A stretch of 59,164 nt of DNA, counting the filler, from Sphacelaria rigidula (taxonomy: Eukaryota), in the NCBI GenBank assembly GCA_964200075.2. It is 4 parts of 4 records of this genome, joined end to end, with 100 filler letters (N's around TTAATTAATTAA, not from the genome) between each part and the next. Parts side by side here need not be neighbours in the genome. Positions count along the whole stretch, not along the records: positions 1 to 14,719 come from CAXNAA020002076.1; 3 more parts are not named here. The stretch is one strand, 5' to 3'. Positions 1 through 14,100 of this stretch are shown here, in pieces. Both the position numbers and the translations under genes were made by a program. Below the pieces are notes generated by a model. It was not told the origin of the DNA and searched no databases. It saw nothing but the letters and a program-made list of their open reading frames with translations. Every line of letters begins with the position of its first letter. Positions within the stretch are counted from its first letter, which is position 1.

Positions 1-2128
1 CTGCCCCGTGATGAATATTCATATATATTTATATATTATATAATATACAATATAGTATATATTAAGGAAAACAAGCATATGTGTAATATAGACCTATAAT
101 ATTGACCTATATTATATGGCACATAATATATGAAGTATAGTATATGATACATAATATATAATGTATAATGTATAAGGATCTCTACTATCTACAGCAGCTG
201 ACCGCATCCGCCAACGCCTCGGCGAAAAACCAGGGGACACATGGCTGGGTCCCCCACCCCCCCCTCAAGAACTCGAACTTTCGATTTTGGGGCCTCGGTG
301 TCCCGAAATATATTCTTGACAGACCCTTGTGCTTGCTGCTGTCCGACACTGCTGCGTACCAACCGCACGTGACACCTCCGGCAGTACTACCTGCTCACTG
401 AACACCGGCAGGGTGCGGGGTGACAAAGCACACCGCAGGACGTCACATCCTAAGCCCATCCCTGTCCTGCATTAATTTCGCGTTGTCCTATGCAGTTCGA
501 CACATCATGCACGCAGCTGCTTGTATTGCGGCCAACGTGTATTCAGGATATCACGCCTCGCTACAGTACGCGCTATATTGCTACGTCACATGTTGTAAAG
601 CTGCACGTGTTGCAGCTACAGCGTGCGTTTGCCCCAGGTAGCGCACGCAGGAGTGAAAGGCCGCCGCCGCTGCTGTACTGCCTGCCTGTATCTCGGGAGA
701 AGCTGTATGGTAACACAACCGCGGCTTGTGCGCCCACTTATACTGAGAGGTGGAGACCGGCATTCACAACGAATGAGACGACAGCTCACACAACACACTG
801 ACTTTGCGCGCAGTACAATTTCAACAACGTGTTCGTCCTGAGTGTTGAAATTTGTGTCCACGGTTCGGTAAATCTCCACTTAAAACGTAACGGAGGGTCG
901 GGTACATTTCCACATGTAAATGTAATGTTACTCAATGAGATGGTGAAAAAAATCTGCAACATCTCGGCGAACTGCAGGTAGGTGAGGCAATCGCCAAAAT
1001 ATTCACCTGCAAACTCTGCTCCAGTGCACCAAGTTGATATCGCTGTAAGGACACTACCATAACCATCTTACCGGCTGCTAGACTATCAGGACGTAGGATC
1101 CGCTAGCATTGCTGCTGTCTGTACGGGGATGTTGCCCCCTTGTCGGATACGTGGGGAAGGGTCCGTTACAGAACGCAGTGGTCGCGTCAAGCAGCTGCAC
1201 GCTGGGCGTTCTCACCCAAGTCTTCGATATGGAGGATGATCCTAGGGAGGCAGCAGCATTTATGCCCAGGTACCCCTTGGAGCAAAATGCGTTTGGTTCT
1301 TTTTGACGAAGTTCTCCCCCAAAAAACAAAATCGATAAGGGTTTTAGAGTGTAAAATTCTAGCAAAAAGAAGTCTCAAAATTCGAGTCGCAAAAAAACCC
1401 GGCTTGTCGATTTTTTTACCCGTAGCAGAAACCAAATTCACTTCGTGAAATAGGAATGTAGTCGAAGCAACGGATATCCGAGATGTGGCACATGTGAGCG
1501 GAAAACGAAACTCTGCCCTCGAAAGCGTTAAACGTCGTGTTTCTCTCCATGAATCGCCCCGGTCTATGTACTGTTCGTTCACCCCTGAAACATGTATTAG
1601 TTCCCTTCACGAGTCACCAAAAGAAAAGGCCCTGGTATTCCATCGCCATTTGGTTTCCACGGACAATTCCAGACACAAAGATCTGCCTGCGCCATACCCT
1701 TCATTAGTAGGTCATGCGCCAGCCAACTTCACACTCGCAAAATTAGCTCGCCCGTTCCAATTTTCATCATTAATTTGGCGCCAGTACCTTGTGCTCTCGC
1801 GGCTGTTGACTAGGGGAAAACGGACAAAAATCGAAGCCACAGATCGTTTCCATCCACACCAACCGGCGGCTACTTGGACTCTGCTCACACACTTCCAAGT
1901 GTTTGAAGCTCCATACCTACCAAGCCAAATCTTGTCGGCAATGTCCTAAGAGGAAAACAATACACCAAGCCCCACGGATACCGAGTAGGACCACGCACGG
2001 CATGCGGAACAACGCACAAGAGCCAGGTTTCCAACAAACTATGCCGAACCATGAAGTACTCCAGCACAAGCGCCAGCTTTACGAACAAACTATGCCCAAT
2101 CATGAACTATTCCAGTCTCACACCTCGT

Positions 2129-5100
2129 CTACCTACGAGCCATAGCTTCCTTATCCACCGCCCACCGCATACCGCACAACACAAGTCCAATTACCCCCAG
2201 TCCCCACACACAGTGGCACGGCTCTCGCATCATCTTCATCCCGAAGCCCCACAACCCAAAATAAACAACACAAGCACTCACGATCCCCACCACCGAGGCA
2301 GGCCCGATGACTGCATTACCCACCCCACCGTGCTGCGCCCCCCGTCCCGCTCCCCATCCATCAGCAGCATTCGACCGCCTTATGGCCCTAGCAGCTTCCT
2401 TGCACCCACCACATGCTGCACAAACGCAACGGCAGAATTCGCACCAGGTCGACGGGGCCGCGGGTTCTCTCCTAGGGCAATCGCAAGCGATCACCCTGAA
2501 CCCCGGCCCAACGATAACGCCTCCACCTACCGCAACCACACCTTCATCGGTTTCAGCGAACACCGCATTTTTAGCCCCATCCTCGTGCAGACACTTACCG
2601 CATGAGCCATGTCCATGCGGCACGTCAAGCGCGGCTAGTGCCGCATCAGTGGCCGATACTCCGCGGCGACTCCCGTCTCCTCCGTAGTTTCTATGAGGTA
2701 GATGCCCGCCGTTTTTAGCCCTCAGTGCTTCGTCCTCTATCTGCGCCCGAACATAGGACACGAACTGGCGGATGCTAGGAGGTGACGGGAATGATTTTCC
2801 ACGACGTGCGAACCATGAGCTCAAAAGCATGGGTAGCAAGGCTAGACATGTTAGGCATAGCCCTCCCGCGGAGATGAAGGTCTCATGCTGCGGTCCGGGA
2901 TGGTGAAAAACGAGTCCCGCTGCTGCTAGCTGAGGCCCCATTAAAATGAAAAGGGTTGGGAAATAGAGCAGCAGTACCAGACGCTGATGAAAAAGTACCC
3001 CGGCGGAAGAGGATGACGGGAAGATAGCCAGACTTGCGAGGAGAGCGTATAAGGATCCTGATAGCGCAAGGAAAATCACCGAGATCTCGCCTGCGTGTAT
3101 TGTCATGAAGGCACATAGCCGTCATCAAAATCGGGCGACAGAGTTTTGGGAAGGGCCAAGGAAGTTGTGGCGATGACGCGGCTGTTCGCTTGCCATGCAT
3201 GGCAAGAAAATGAGAGAGTGACTAGAATGATTGAATCTTGCCTCCCCGTCCAAACCAAGAACCACGAGCGCGTGATACCTCAAAGAAGGGGCTATTTTTT
3301 CTTCGAGTGTGCCCGGAATACGGCACACACTGCGACACTGATCCATGGCGATGTCTCAGTACAGATCAGTTGAACAATGAGAAAACGAATTATCGCGATC
3401 GTGCATCCTGGATATCCCCAGACGGACACCACGTTCTCACAGCTAGATGAAGCCGACCACCACGAAAGCGCTTACCCTTCAAGGTAGGCGTCCTGAAAGT
3501 CGGGCGTAGCGAAATATCCTCCATATGCATTGCAATAAGTATCGCACTGGCTGCAAAGGTAGCTCCCTGTCGAGACCCCAATGACCGCAACAACCAAGTC
3601 AGGGGGACGGGAGACCTCTCCACACCACGACGTATTACGTTGCCCGCGGCGCCCAGCACAGCCACGAGCAGCACGAAGACCATCATGTATCCCAGAGTTA
3701 TCCCGTACACGACCATGAGCCCCTTTAAGAAAATGATCGGGCAACAAAATGAGGAAAACTGAAAGTCATGTATGCTATGAGAGGACAAGCCTTGTGCATC
3801 GGTGTTTTCGTTCACGTGGCGAAGCATGGAAATTGAACAACCGAAGGCAAATTATACAAAGTTGTAAGCATTGACGCATCCATGCGCCTGCACCAACTGC
3901 ATCCACAACGAAAAACAGCACGCAGAATCGAAGTACAATCAAATTTCCCATCCATGCAGAGCACCAGACACAAGCATCTCACGAGCATCGCATTGAAATC
4001 TCACCTTCACTGGGGGCAAACGCAGAGCATCCGCAGCCCCTTCGAAGGGATTTAAAAACCGCCATATCCCCGTCAAAATCGCATCCAAACCCGCCCATGC
4101 CCTAGCCAGCGCCGTGCACAACGCTGATCCTCCCGGTACACTCTCGACAACCTTGGAAACACCCGAGAGACGACCCCAAAATGCACCCGACCAAAGCGCC
4201 CGCACGTCCTCCCCACCCATCCTCAGGGCAGCTACGAGGCAGAACGTTAGTAAGGACGCCGTGGCTCCCCATCCTTCCGCGCGCACGTACCTCCAGAAGG
4301 ACCCTGCGCCCGCTTTCACCAATGACCAGTGCATGTGCTGGACCGGGAGTAGCAAGACAGCTGGGCGGGGCAATTGGCCATCTTTGGATGTCTTTGCCGC
4401 CAAGCCCTGTGGCCGTTTCGGGGGCCGAGAGGTGGCATGGGATGCACAGAGTGCGAAGCGACGTCCGAATGGATACGATTTGGAGTGCTTGATTCGCTAT
4501 CAACATTAGTTTTACCTTCAACGCATGGCTGGTCATGTCCGCGGGTGTTGCGGGTGCATATGGAAAAGGACGCCAAGGCACATCATAATAAGATCTCCGT
4601 GCAGCTCTGAGTTCACATGAATTATAGGGAGGGAATGAAGTACGGTGCTGTATCAGAATGCGGGAAAATAAAGCCTAAGGACAGCACGGTGACACTGCTG
4701 ACACTACTCGCATTCCCGACGCCTCGTTATGTCACCATACGCGACACGATGCGCGTTGAGCTCGAGCGGAAGAACAATTATAACTCTGATTTCTTCGCGT
4801 TCTTTGAATGGTGAATTGGACCCTAACCGCCACGTACCCGGATAAGCGCGGCGGCAAGCACCAAGCCGCCCAGCAACACCCATGCCGGGGTAAGCAAGAA
4901 ACTGCGGTCTGACACGATGGACCTGCACACGAGAACCCAACTTCTGCCCTCCTCTTCCGCCTCGTCGAAGCCAATGGATTCCAAGACGAGGTTGTCTCCG
5001 ACCTTGGATGTCCTGCCCATCAAACATCGGGCCGAAATAGAGACAAGGCAGGTGTTACATGCCGAGGACATCCGGGTCGAATGCTCATAGTCATTTTTCA

Positions 5101-8100
5101 TCTGTATGCAAAACCGCTTGCAGGCCACGCGAAACTGTGATTATATTTTCCGCAACACTCTCGTGTCACCGGAGGCCCTTTGATGCGACTATGAGACACT
5201 CTCATCTGAAGGCTATGACAAAAAACAAAAAACGAAGTACCCAAGAGCGAGCAGGTGTGCTTGCTGCAGGTCACCAGCTAGCCGGGAAAACGTTGGGGAG
5301 GTCCGCGGCCACGGTCAAAAACAGCGCTGATTCGAAAGCAGTATGGTTTCACATCAAACCCTGCCTCCCCAAACACTATGTGTTGTGACATACATCAGAA
5401 CACGGTTGAGACACCAGAATGGTTCTATTTTTTGTCAATGTCGTTGATCAATTCATAATATATAATAATGATAATAATTAATAAATTATTGGTTGTTTGA
5501 GGATGGAATGGGAATTTTTGTTGGAATGGCCAATGATTTTTATTTTTTGGGCAAGGGGGAAAACAATATATGGCAGGGTGACGCCCTGGGCTGGGAAATA
5601 TGCGAGTAGTCACCGTTCAAGCATACTCCCTCAATCCGGATTTCTTCACCTGCTATCTTTAGTTCCATTGGTGAGTGTGATGTAGTGAGGAGTATCATTG
5701 CCCTTTCTTGTTCCAAGAGCATTTTCGGCCGCAGCGCAGTGAATGGTTAGAAATTGCGAAAAAATGAGTTTGCACCATTATTCACCAGAGTGGTCGAAAT
5801 TCGTCCCTTTGAGCGAATGTGTCAAATAGCTGTACCAGAACCTGCGGTTGTGTACTCGTAGGATCCCCGACGAGCGGTTACTGATATCTTCCCATTCCCC
5901 AATTTCGGTCTCAAAAGGAATGAAGATTGACTCAAGGATTCTTGCAAAATGAATACGACGGCCGTTCACCATTTTGGTTTCAAGACAAGACTGCAGATGT
6001 CACAGCTTTGCGTACCACCACCACAGAGCTGCTGCTACTATCCTACTGAGTATATAGCTCAAGCACCGCTCTAGGTACGCCTATACGTCTAGCAGGTCTA
6101 TACGTCTATCCGGGGACCACGGCTTGATTATGATTTGTAGCGGATCGTTTAGTTTGTCACGATCAATCAAAACAACCATGTGCTGAGGACAGTCAGTAGC
6201 CTGCGCATGGTATAGTTGTTTTCGCGCCCCAACAGCCAGCAACGGCAGGTCACGAATACGCACACCAAAACAAATTGGGCCATGATGCTGCGTGGTCATT
6301 ATACACGTTCCCCCTCCTCAATTTCCTGCTATTGAGCTGGTACTACACTCCCAACACCGGTCGCGGGGTAGGGGGTGGGCGCGGTGGAATCGTTATTCAG
6401 CACGTGGATAAAACACCACAGGCGTTCGACAGGAAATCGTATGAGAGACTATGCGCCGCACTGCCATGTAGTACACTTTCACTATTACGGGGGACCATCG
6501 TTGTTAGGACCAAAAGGCACAAAATATAGTTGAAAAAAAGGTGATGATATTGATGGTCACACGAGGTTTCAAGTTAGTTTTCCGCGGTTTTCGGACAAAT
6601 TCAACAAGAGGGCATGAATAATGGTATGCCTTGACCACGCCCCAAGAAAGCAGGTGACTGGCTTTCCAACAGTGGTGGTTTGATCCTCAGGCATACCGTA
6701 ACAGCGTGCAAGAGGTCAGGATGATAATGACAGCACACGTTTTCGTATGGGAGGAGCGACATCATTCCCACATTCCAGGAAACACATGGCGTATCGACGA
6801 AAACCTTGGCACACCGAGGGAGCTCAAGAAACCGTTTTTCAAAAATTGAAGATGCGCTCGAGATACACTCAGCTGAAGTGGGGGGCTTCAGATCACAGCC
6901 TTCTCCGCAACAATGCCCCGCAAAAATGGGGAGGAAAATAGCAGCGCATCTTGGTACTGCATCAAAAATGGCGAGCAGACACAAGCCACTCGTGTACATC
7001 AAGGAGAGGAATGAAGTAAAGAGACTTTAGCTAGAGAGGCAGCCGTTTCTGAGGCGAATGCAGGCATTGCTAAGTACTCTTACCCGATTATACTCCGTGC
7101 ATTGTAGTGTACTGCGCTGCTTGTGCTGCATGCTCAATCATACTTCGTCTTCCGTACTGTACTGGGCTGCTTGTGCTGTATACTCAATTATACTGGGTGT
7201 ACAGTGCTGTGCTAGGCCGTACGGTCTGTACTGGTCTCTCCACGGGGCTCTCTATATTATAGCCATAGAACCATATATCTTCGACGTCAACACATTGTCG
7301 TTTGTTGAATTTGACGTCAACACGCCGGAGATATGGCATGCCACATCTCAACATTTGTGAACCAGGATGAGAGGGACACCAACAGGAAAAAATCGCGAAA
7401 TGCCCCTTAACTTCTTGTGTGTATTTTTCCTTGTATTTTGCTTGCTGGCCAGTGATCGCGTGGACCGTGCGGTTCATCCGAGCTACCGTTTGTCGGGTTC
7501 GACCAATAAACGTTCGCATTACGCCCGTTCATGTCACCGGTTGTACCAACAATGTTCTCCCGCAATAGCCTGAAACACCGCAGCGGAAACCACCAAAAAC
7601 GCCACAACATCGCGGATTATTGTGCGAGAGTTGCAGCGCAGAATATTTCAGGGCATCACGCGTATAAAGCCAGTTTAGTTGTTCTCAAGACATGAGGAGT
7701 CATGGTGATGCTCATGTCTTTAGTCTTCTAGTTTCCGGCACTGTGGAGAACGCCCGTTCGTCCACCTAACTCTCCACGCACTACTACAGGAAGGCCTGAC
7801 GACGACGAACTGTTACCCTACACGCCACACGGGATGAAGGGTCCCGTTATTCTCCGTCTCTACAGATGGAGTACGGAATTTTCAACATTCTAGGAACCGG
7901 AGCTCAGAAGGTAATACTTGTCACAACTGCGCGCTATTCAATCAATGCTACTGCTCGAGTCCACGAGGAGATGTTCAAGTACACATTGCTCACCAAAGGG
8001 GGGCATTTTTTTAGTGAGATTCCTCGGACTTTTTGTAGTACGAAACCCCCCCCGCGCCCCAAACCCAGAGTGTGCACCATTCCACTGTGCTGCCCAATGG

Positions 8101-11100
8101 CATCCTCTAGAGAAGATTGCTCGCACGCGGCCACTGATGGGCGCAGCTGATAGTTGACACCGATCGGGTCGACTAACCCGACTACCGGCATGTGGTGGGT
8201 AGCATCTCTCCGCTATTGCTGCTGCTACTACACAGCAGCAGCTGCATGAAGCTGTCACCCACGGGAAACCATGCACCCTTCTTATGATCTACAGTTCTTG
8301 CTCTTTTCGAGCTACGGTGCAGATCCACACTATGAATAGCTGAGTACCGCAATTCGTTTTACGCCATCTGGCGAGAGGGGACGCACGTGCTTATTCCAGC
8401 GCCGAAATATAAGTAACATCTGCAGTATAGATTGACATATCAGCATACGTCCTACAACACATCACCAATGTATTTTGACTGGCGAGGTGCTCTTGCAGTG
8501 TCTTCAGAACAAGTTCAGAAGTAGGCACTCTCTATGCGTAACCGGTCATAAAATATAAACCTGGCTGGCTGCTGACACATGAATTAAATGCTTGGCAGCA
8601 TAGTTGGGTGCGGTTAAAGAGGACACTGCTTTGCCAGGAGCTGAGAACAAACGGTCGATCACAACGCTAGATGACACAACGACACAACAATAGGCCATAC
8701 CTTGACGGGGCCAGCAACCGCGCACTCTCAGTGGTTCTTTCCTTCGCCGCCACTCCCGCCGCCCTCATCTTTCCTAGCTCCGAAAGGGTCAAAACCACCC
8801 TACCACCAGTTGTGGGGCGAAAATCGAAACCATGTAGACACGGATAGATGCATGGGAAGACAAATGCGTTCATGTGGCCTTCGGTGTGGTGGGGGTCAGC
8901 AAGGTGACGGCATGAGACACGTTTCAACATGCGTCGGGTGTTTCGAGGCTCTTAAAATGCGCGGTCGAGTAGAGCTCCTCGGCCATTTTTGCGAGGCACC
9001 GCAGGTCTGCAATACCCAAAGACAGCCCCCTCGTGCTTGTGAACACGTCACAAGCTGCGAAGGATACCGTCGAAGAACAACCGCAGCAGCGTCAACATTT
9101 TCCTCACCTGCTGACGAGTTGCTTGCACCACACCAGAGCTGCGTGATCCACCCCAAACCCGCAGCCTTCTATTGCCTCAGTTGTGACCGAAACGCTCTGC
9201 CCTTCCATCCCCAATCCCTCTGCGACGCACTGAGATGGATGGACCATCAAGTCCCGAGGTCCACTCGCCACACTGACCACGACAGTGTTTCCAAGAAGAG
9301 TCTCCGCATCGACCCCCTCCATTCCGCGAGCACCCGCACCCCAGCCTCTTTCCCGCTCCTTCCGTTTTTCCGACGGTTTGACGGTTTCACTTTCCGCGGT
9401 TTCGGATTCAGAACCTTTGAAATCTTGTTGCTTTTCGGCCGGCGTAGCACAGCCTTCGTTTGTGGTTCCGTCCTCATCTGGCCCTGCCGAGCAGACCTCC
9501 TCCGCGGTACTTCCGTCATCGCTGGATGATGACAATGCGTCACCTGGTTGTACATTTTCAGAGGCTTGCTCGGTATCGCCGGGAGACAATTTCTCGTCCA
9601 AAACCCAGCAGGGAGAGAACATGGACACGGACGGGGAGTGCTCACGCCAGCGCCATAGCGAGTCAGTACACCGATAGAGGCTGCGAACAGCGGCAAGGGG
9701 CAAGGGTAGAGGCGAGGGTGTATGATTTTGACGTCATGAGATTAACGTTGCACTCCAGTGAGTCCCTCACGCTACCCGTGCATAAAGGCGCCGTGGATGA
9801 AATACAACAAGCACGGGAAGGGGAAAGCGAGAGGAGGTATCGACAACATTACTCTAGACAAATCCTGCCAGTGCCTTTGGCACTTCGCGCCAAACACGCA
9901 CGACTAAAACGCGAAAAAACGGTATGTGCTCAAATAAAATAAAATAAAAGGAGCGGGCAATTTCACCTTCACAGCGATTTGACGATGTCAATTGTATGCG
10001 CCCACTGTGATAATAGCCTACCTTTGGACAGAGTAGTCCATCATCCAAGGAGGGCTCTCGTGAGGAGTACCCAGCGTCACCACGTCGCCGATGGAGCCTA
10101 CGCGGTAGGAAGCAAGCGTGAATGCAGCCCTGTGGGGAAACCAAAAGGTGTGCACCAACGGAAAGGAGAAAAATATATGTACACACACAGGGCGTATTTG
10201 GACATGCCATGGCATAGATGAGTGATACATTTGAGTAGCTGTGACATGAATTTTGTGCGTACCACGAGTTGGGCCAGCCTACGAGTGGATCGGCAGGTTG
10301 AAGGCCCATTTTCACCCCAATTTTAAGAGTTAGACACTCAAATTCGGTACAGAAACTCGCTAGGGCATAATAAAGGAATCTATTCTTCGGACGTTGGGAC
10401 TTATCTTTTCTCCGTGGGTTGCGCCAGCGATACCAAATATGAAAATCCAACTCTCGCAATCTGACTACGCATGGGCGATTTGGAGAATGGGCCGGGCGAG
10501 ATTTGAAATCCTATTTGGTAGGCTATTTACCAGTTGTGGTACTTGCGCTTCAAACTTTTGTGTGGAGAATCGCAAGGGCATAAAAATAACTGGAACATGG
10601 CTTAGTTTTCCTGAGTTGAAGACGTTTTAGTTTTGCAATGGCCATTTTTTCGCGAGAACCTCCATAACTCACGAAAAAAAAAAAAATGAAGGCCCTCCTT
10701 TCTTTTTCAGCAGTACGCCCTTGCGATTCTCCATACTGGCTCAATTCCAAATCACGACTTGAGGAACCGAGTTTTGGGCCAAAAACGAAGTCCCTTTCTT
10801 GACGAAAACGTCCTGAACTCGTGTAAGATAACCCCGACGTCATGAACATGTTTTCATTTTGCCCTTGCGGTACTCTATACTGAGTGTCAGAGCACAACTC
10901 TCAAAATTGAGACGCGAATTCCAGATTTGGTGCACGTGGTGTCTTTGCTGGTGATATGTCGAGTCTAGTATGACTTAGTCTGCCATGTCGTTCTGTTCGA
11001 CCCCTCTTTCTTTTCTTTTTTTTCCCCCTTAGAGCGTGTTTGAATCTCGTTTTTCTTGGGTACGTATATTATGAGACCACGGCTGGACCTCTGGGGGGTC

Positions 11101-14100
11101 AGTGAAAGTGCAACAATCAATCACTCACTCACTCACTCACTCAATCAATATGCAGTCTTACATTTGTCATATATCTAGATATATGACGAATTAGGTGAAG
11201 GTGAGGGAAGCCATCGTTTCTCGTGCTCCAAGAATGGTTCACACCAAAAATCATGATCCGAGGTGTACATCGTTCGGGGTCTCATATAGACTTTGGTATG
11301 GAGCATCAGTCAAAGTCCGACAATCAATCGAATCAATCATGGACCCCATCTCCGTGCGTATAGGAATTATTCGACATGGCGTTCAATCAATGGCCCTGGC
11401 TTTTGAGCAGATGGGCATTTTTCGCTCGATCCGACGATGAACAAGATATGCAGATCACGACTCACGTCGTCTGTGTCGGTGAGATATGGCTGTCAGAGCT
11501 TAAATCCGTTTCTAGGGTGGCCCAGTTCGAAGTGTACAGCCTGAAGACCCGCGATTGTAAGAATCCCACAGAAGCATTAAATGCGCACAGGTTGCACATG
11601 TTCAGCTGTTCCAGTGCGTAACTCCTCGCGTATTACGGTGCTCCCTCAAACCGAAGTCCTCGTAACACAAGAATGCCTGTCAGCAATGGTCTCACAGAGC
11701 AAGGCTGTACGTACCTTGCGATTATTCCCCCGTAGGAGTGACCCACGATCATGACTGATGTAACTGATGAGCCACCTGAGGCAGCTGCGCTGTCTTCTTC
11801 ATATAGTTCTAGGATTGCCTGGACAGCACGGTTCAAAAACTGCGCCTGTATTCCAAGAAAATATCACAGGCAGGTGTTCATGGATGAGGTTAGCTTACCG
11901 GCGTTGGGCTGCGAATGTCTATGATGACACAATTTTACAAGTATCGCTACACTTAAAACCCTAACCCCAACCCAACGCATACCGAGAGCCCTCGGGCATG
12001 GGCGATACATACATTCCCTAGGCAGAGTTCGGCTTCGGTCGACCCCGAATCGGCGCCTGTGGCGCCGATTCCAACGAGAACGCGTTCTGCGCTCGCGAGG
12101 AGCACACGGGACTGTCAGCCCTACTAAACATCCGATTCTCGTTGTACACACTCGAATTCAGTAATGTCAACCATGGATACGTGTTGCTCAGCGCCGGCAA
12201 ACTCTACTCCATGGACGGAGCCGAGTGAAGAATCACGACGGGGCACCATGGGCAACAGCGGATTTAACCGACTGTTGCACAACGAGCACACCACATGTAC
12301 ACACATGGCGGCTCAGCCCTCTCTCTCTCTCTGTGCGCGTTCAAAGAGAACGAGAGCATGCGCCAGTTCAATAACGTCTTCCAAGCACCACATACCAACG
12401 CGTGGCGGCTTCCAGCTACCCGTAATTATATTGCAGCCTTTGTTGCTACAGTAGCGTACTGGACACATCCTCGACTTCCCCCAAGAAGCGTAGCGATCAA
12501 GGTCAAATAGATTGGTGTACCGCAAGCATACACAGACCCTGCAAACCCCATGAGCACGCCAACATGACAGAACAGACCAAGAGTTCGTCTACACCATGGG
12601 ACAGTACCTGTTTCCAGGCGATGGAACCGTGTACGGCGGTCCACTCTTCCAGAAAATCGAGCGTGAACAGATCCAGTCGCTGGCCTGGCGTAGAAACCCT
12701 TGCTTCAGCCGCCAGGGACCCCAAAGATCGCACCTGAAAGAAGGGGATCACCATGAGTCAAGACACCCTGCCGGCATTGGACCTATGTTTTCCTTGCAGT
12801 ATAGAAACGTGCGAGTACTGGTACCTGGGGATGTTTCACTCTCGCTTGGTTTCCATGTTAGTCCCTTTACTTTTATTGACAGATCTGATTTGTTTGTTTC
12901 ACCACACCCCGACCAACTCGTGGGGGGTCTGTCTTGTTTTATCGACATTTCTTTTTAATTTTTCTATATTTTACTTTGTTTCCGGAGACTCAGAAGAAGC
13001 CGCTCAATGAGCGCTTCTATCTTATGTAAGGAATAGTAGTGACGGCACTGGAAAGGCGAGCCTGCGTTTGCGACCACAGGTTCGAGACATTGGGCTAATG
13101 TGCTGAGGGGAAAAAACAGCAATAAAGTCATAGTACACTTAATAATACAAAGCAGCTTCCGATCAAATCGCGAATGCGCGCCCTTCATGAAGAAACGAAC
13201 CCTTCAGAGCACGCTTCCTATAGGGAACATTGCTTCAACGAGAAACAATGGGATGTCCGATGATGGACCCCAAGCAGTAAAACAGGCAGCGACCGATGAA
13301 CGGCTAGCTGGGGTTGTGCACCATTCCGAGAGGAACATGACACGTTTCACAGCAGCTGGCTACAACCCGGTGTTGCACATATAAGTAGAGGGCATTTACG
13401 GACAGTATCAGAACACCAACCATGGCGCAGTGTATTACGTCCATCATGAGACCACGGGTGGACCCCTGGGGGGTCAGTTAAAGTGCGACGATCAATCAAT
13501 CAATCAATCAATCAAATGCAGACCTGATATGAATATGCTGGCCGCCCCGGGGGCTCAGTTGATAACCTCCAAACCTTCTGACGGTTGGGTCGTAGGTTTG
13601 AATCTAGGTGCAGTCACACGATCTGGGATATTTTTCTCGCATCATACCCAACAGTGGAGAACGACCATGTCGTGAGTTCACACAATTCGACTTTACGGTT
13701 GACGAAGGAAATGGCCCCCTAAAACCTTGCCGTCATGAAAGTTCAGTCAAGCACCGCAGAAGGAAGGAGAAATAAAAAAAGAAAAAACATGATGTTCTGC
13801 CCTTCCCACGGTGTGACCGCGGCTGATGCGCTCATGTGCACCGAAATTTGCAGACTGGCGTCCAGAATAGATAGAATGACAACACAAACACACACAAGAC
13901 CATGCCCTGCACCTGTTGATAACTGCCCTGATGTCCCGGGACAAACAACACGGGAATCCCACGAGGTTTGAAAGGATGTTGCCTGTCATTGGAGGGTAGT
14001 TTCCCGTCCACGTATCTCAGTAGGCGGTACCCATAACCCGGGGATTCTTCATCGACCTCCCCGCCTATCGCAACGCCTCGCACTGGAAGAGGAACATACT

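Noticed and set aside
1..170. AT-rich TA-repeat tract
   Set aside because: Low-complexity sequence at a contig end with no further structure.
8702..9677. Long plus-strand ORFs (275 aa, 130 aa); likewise 2051-2687 and 4114-4509
   Set aside because: Antisense shadows of GC-rich PGAP1 exons.
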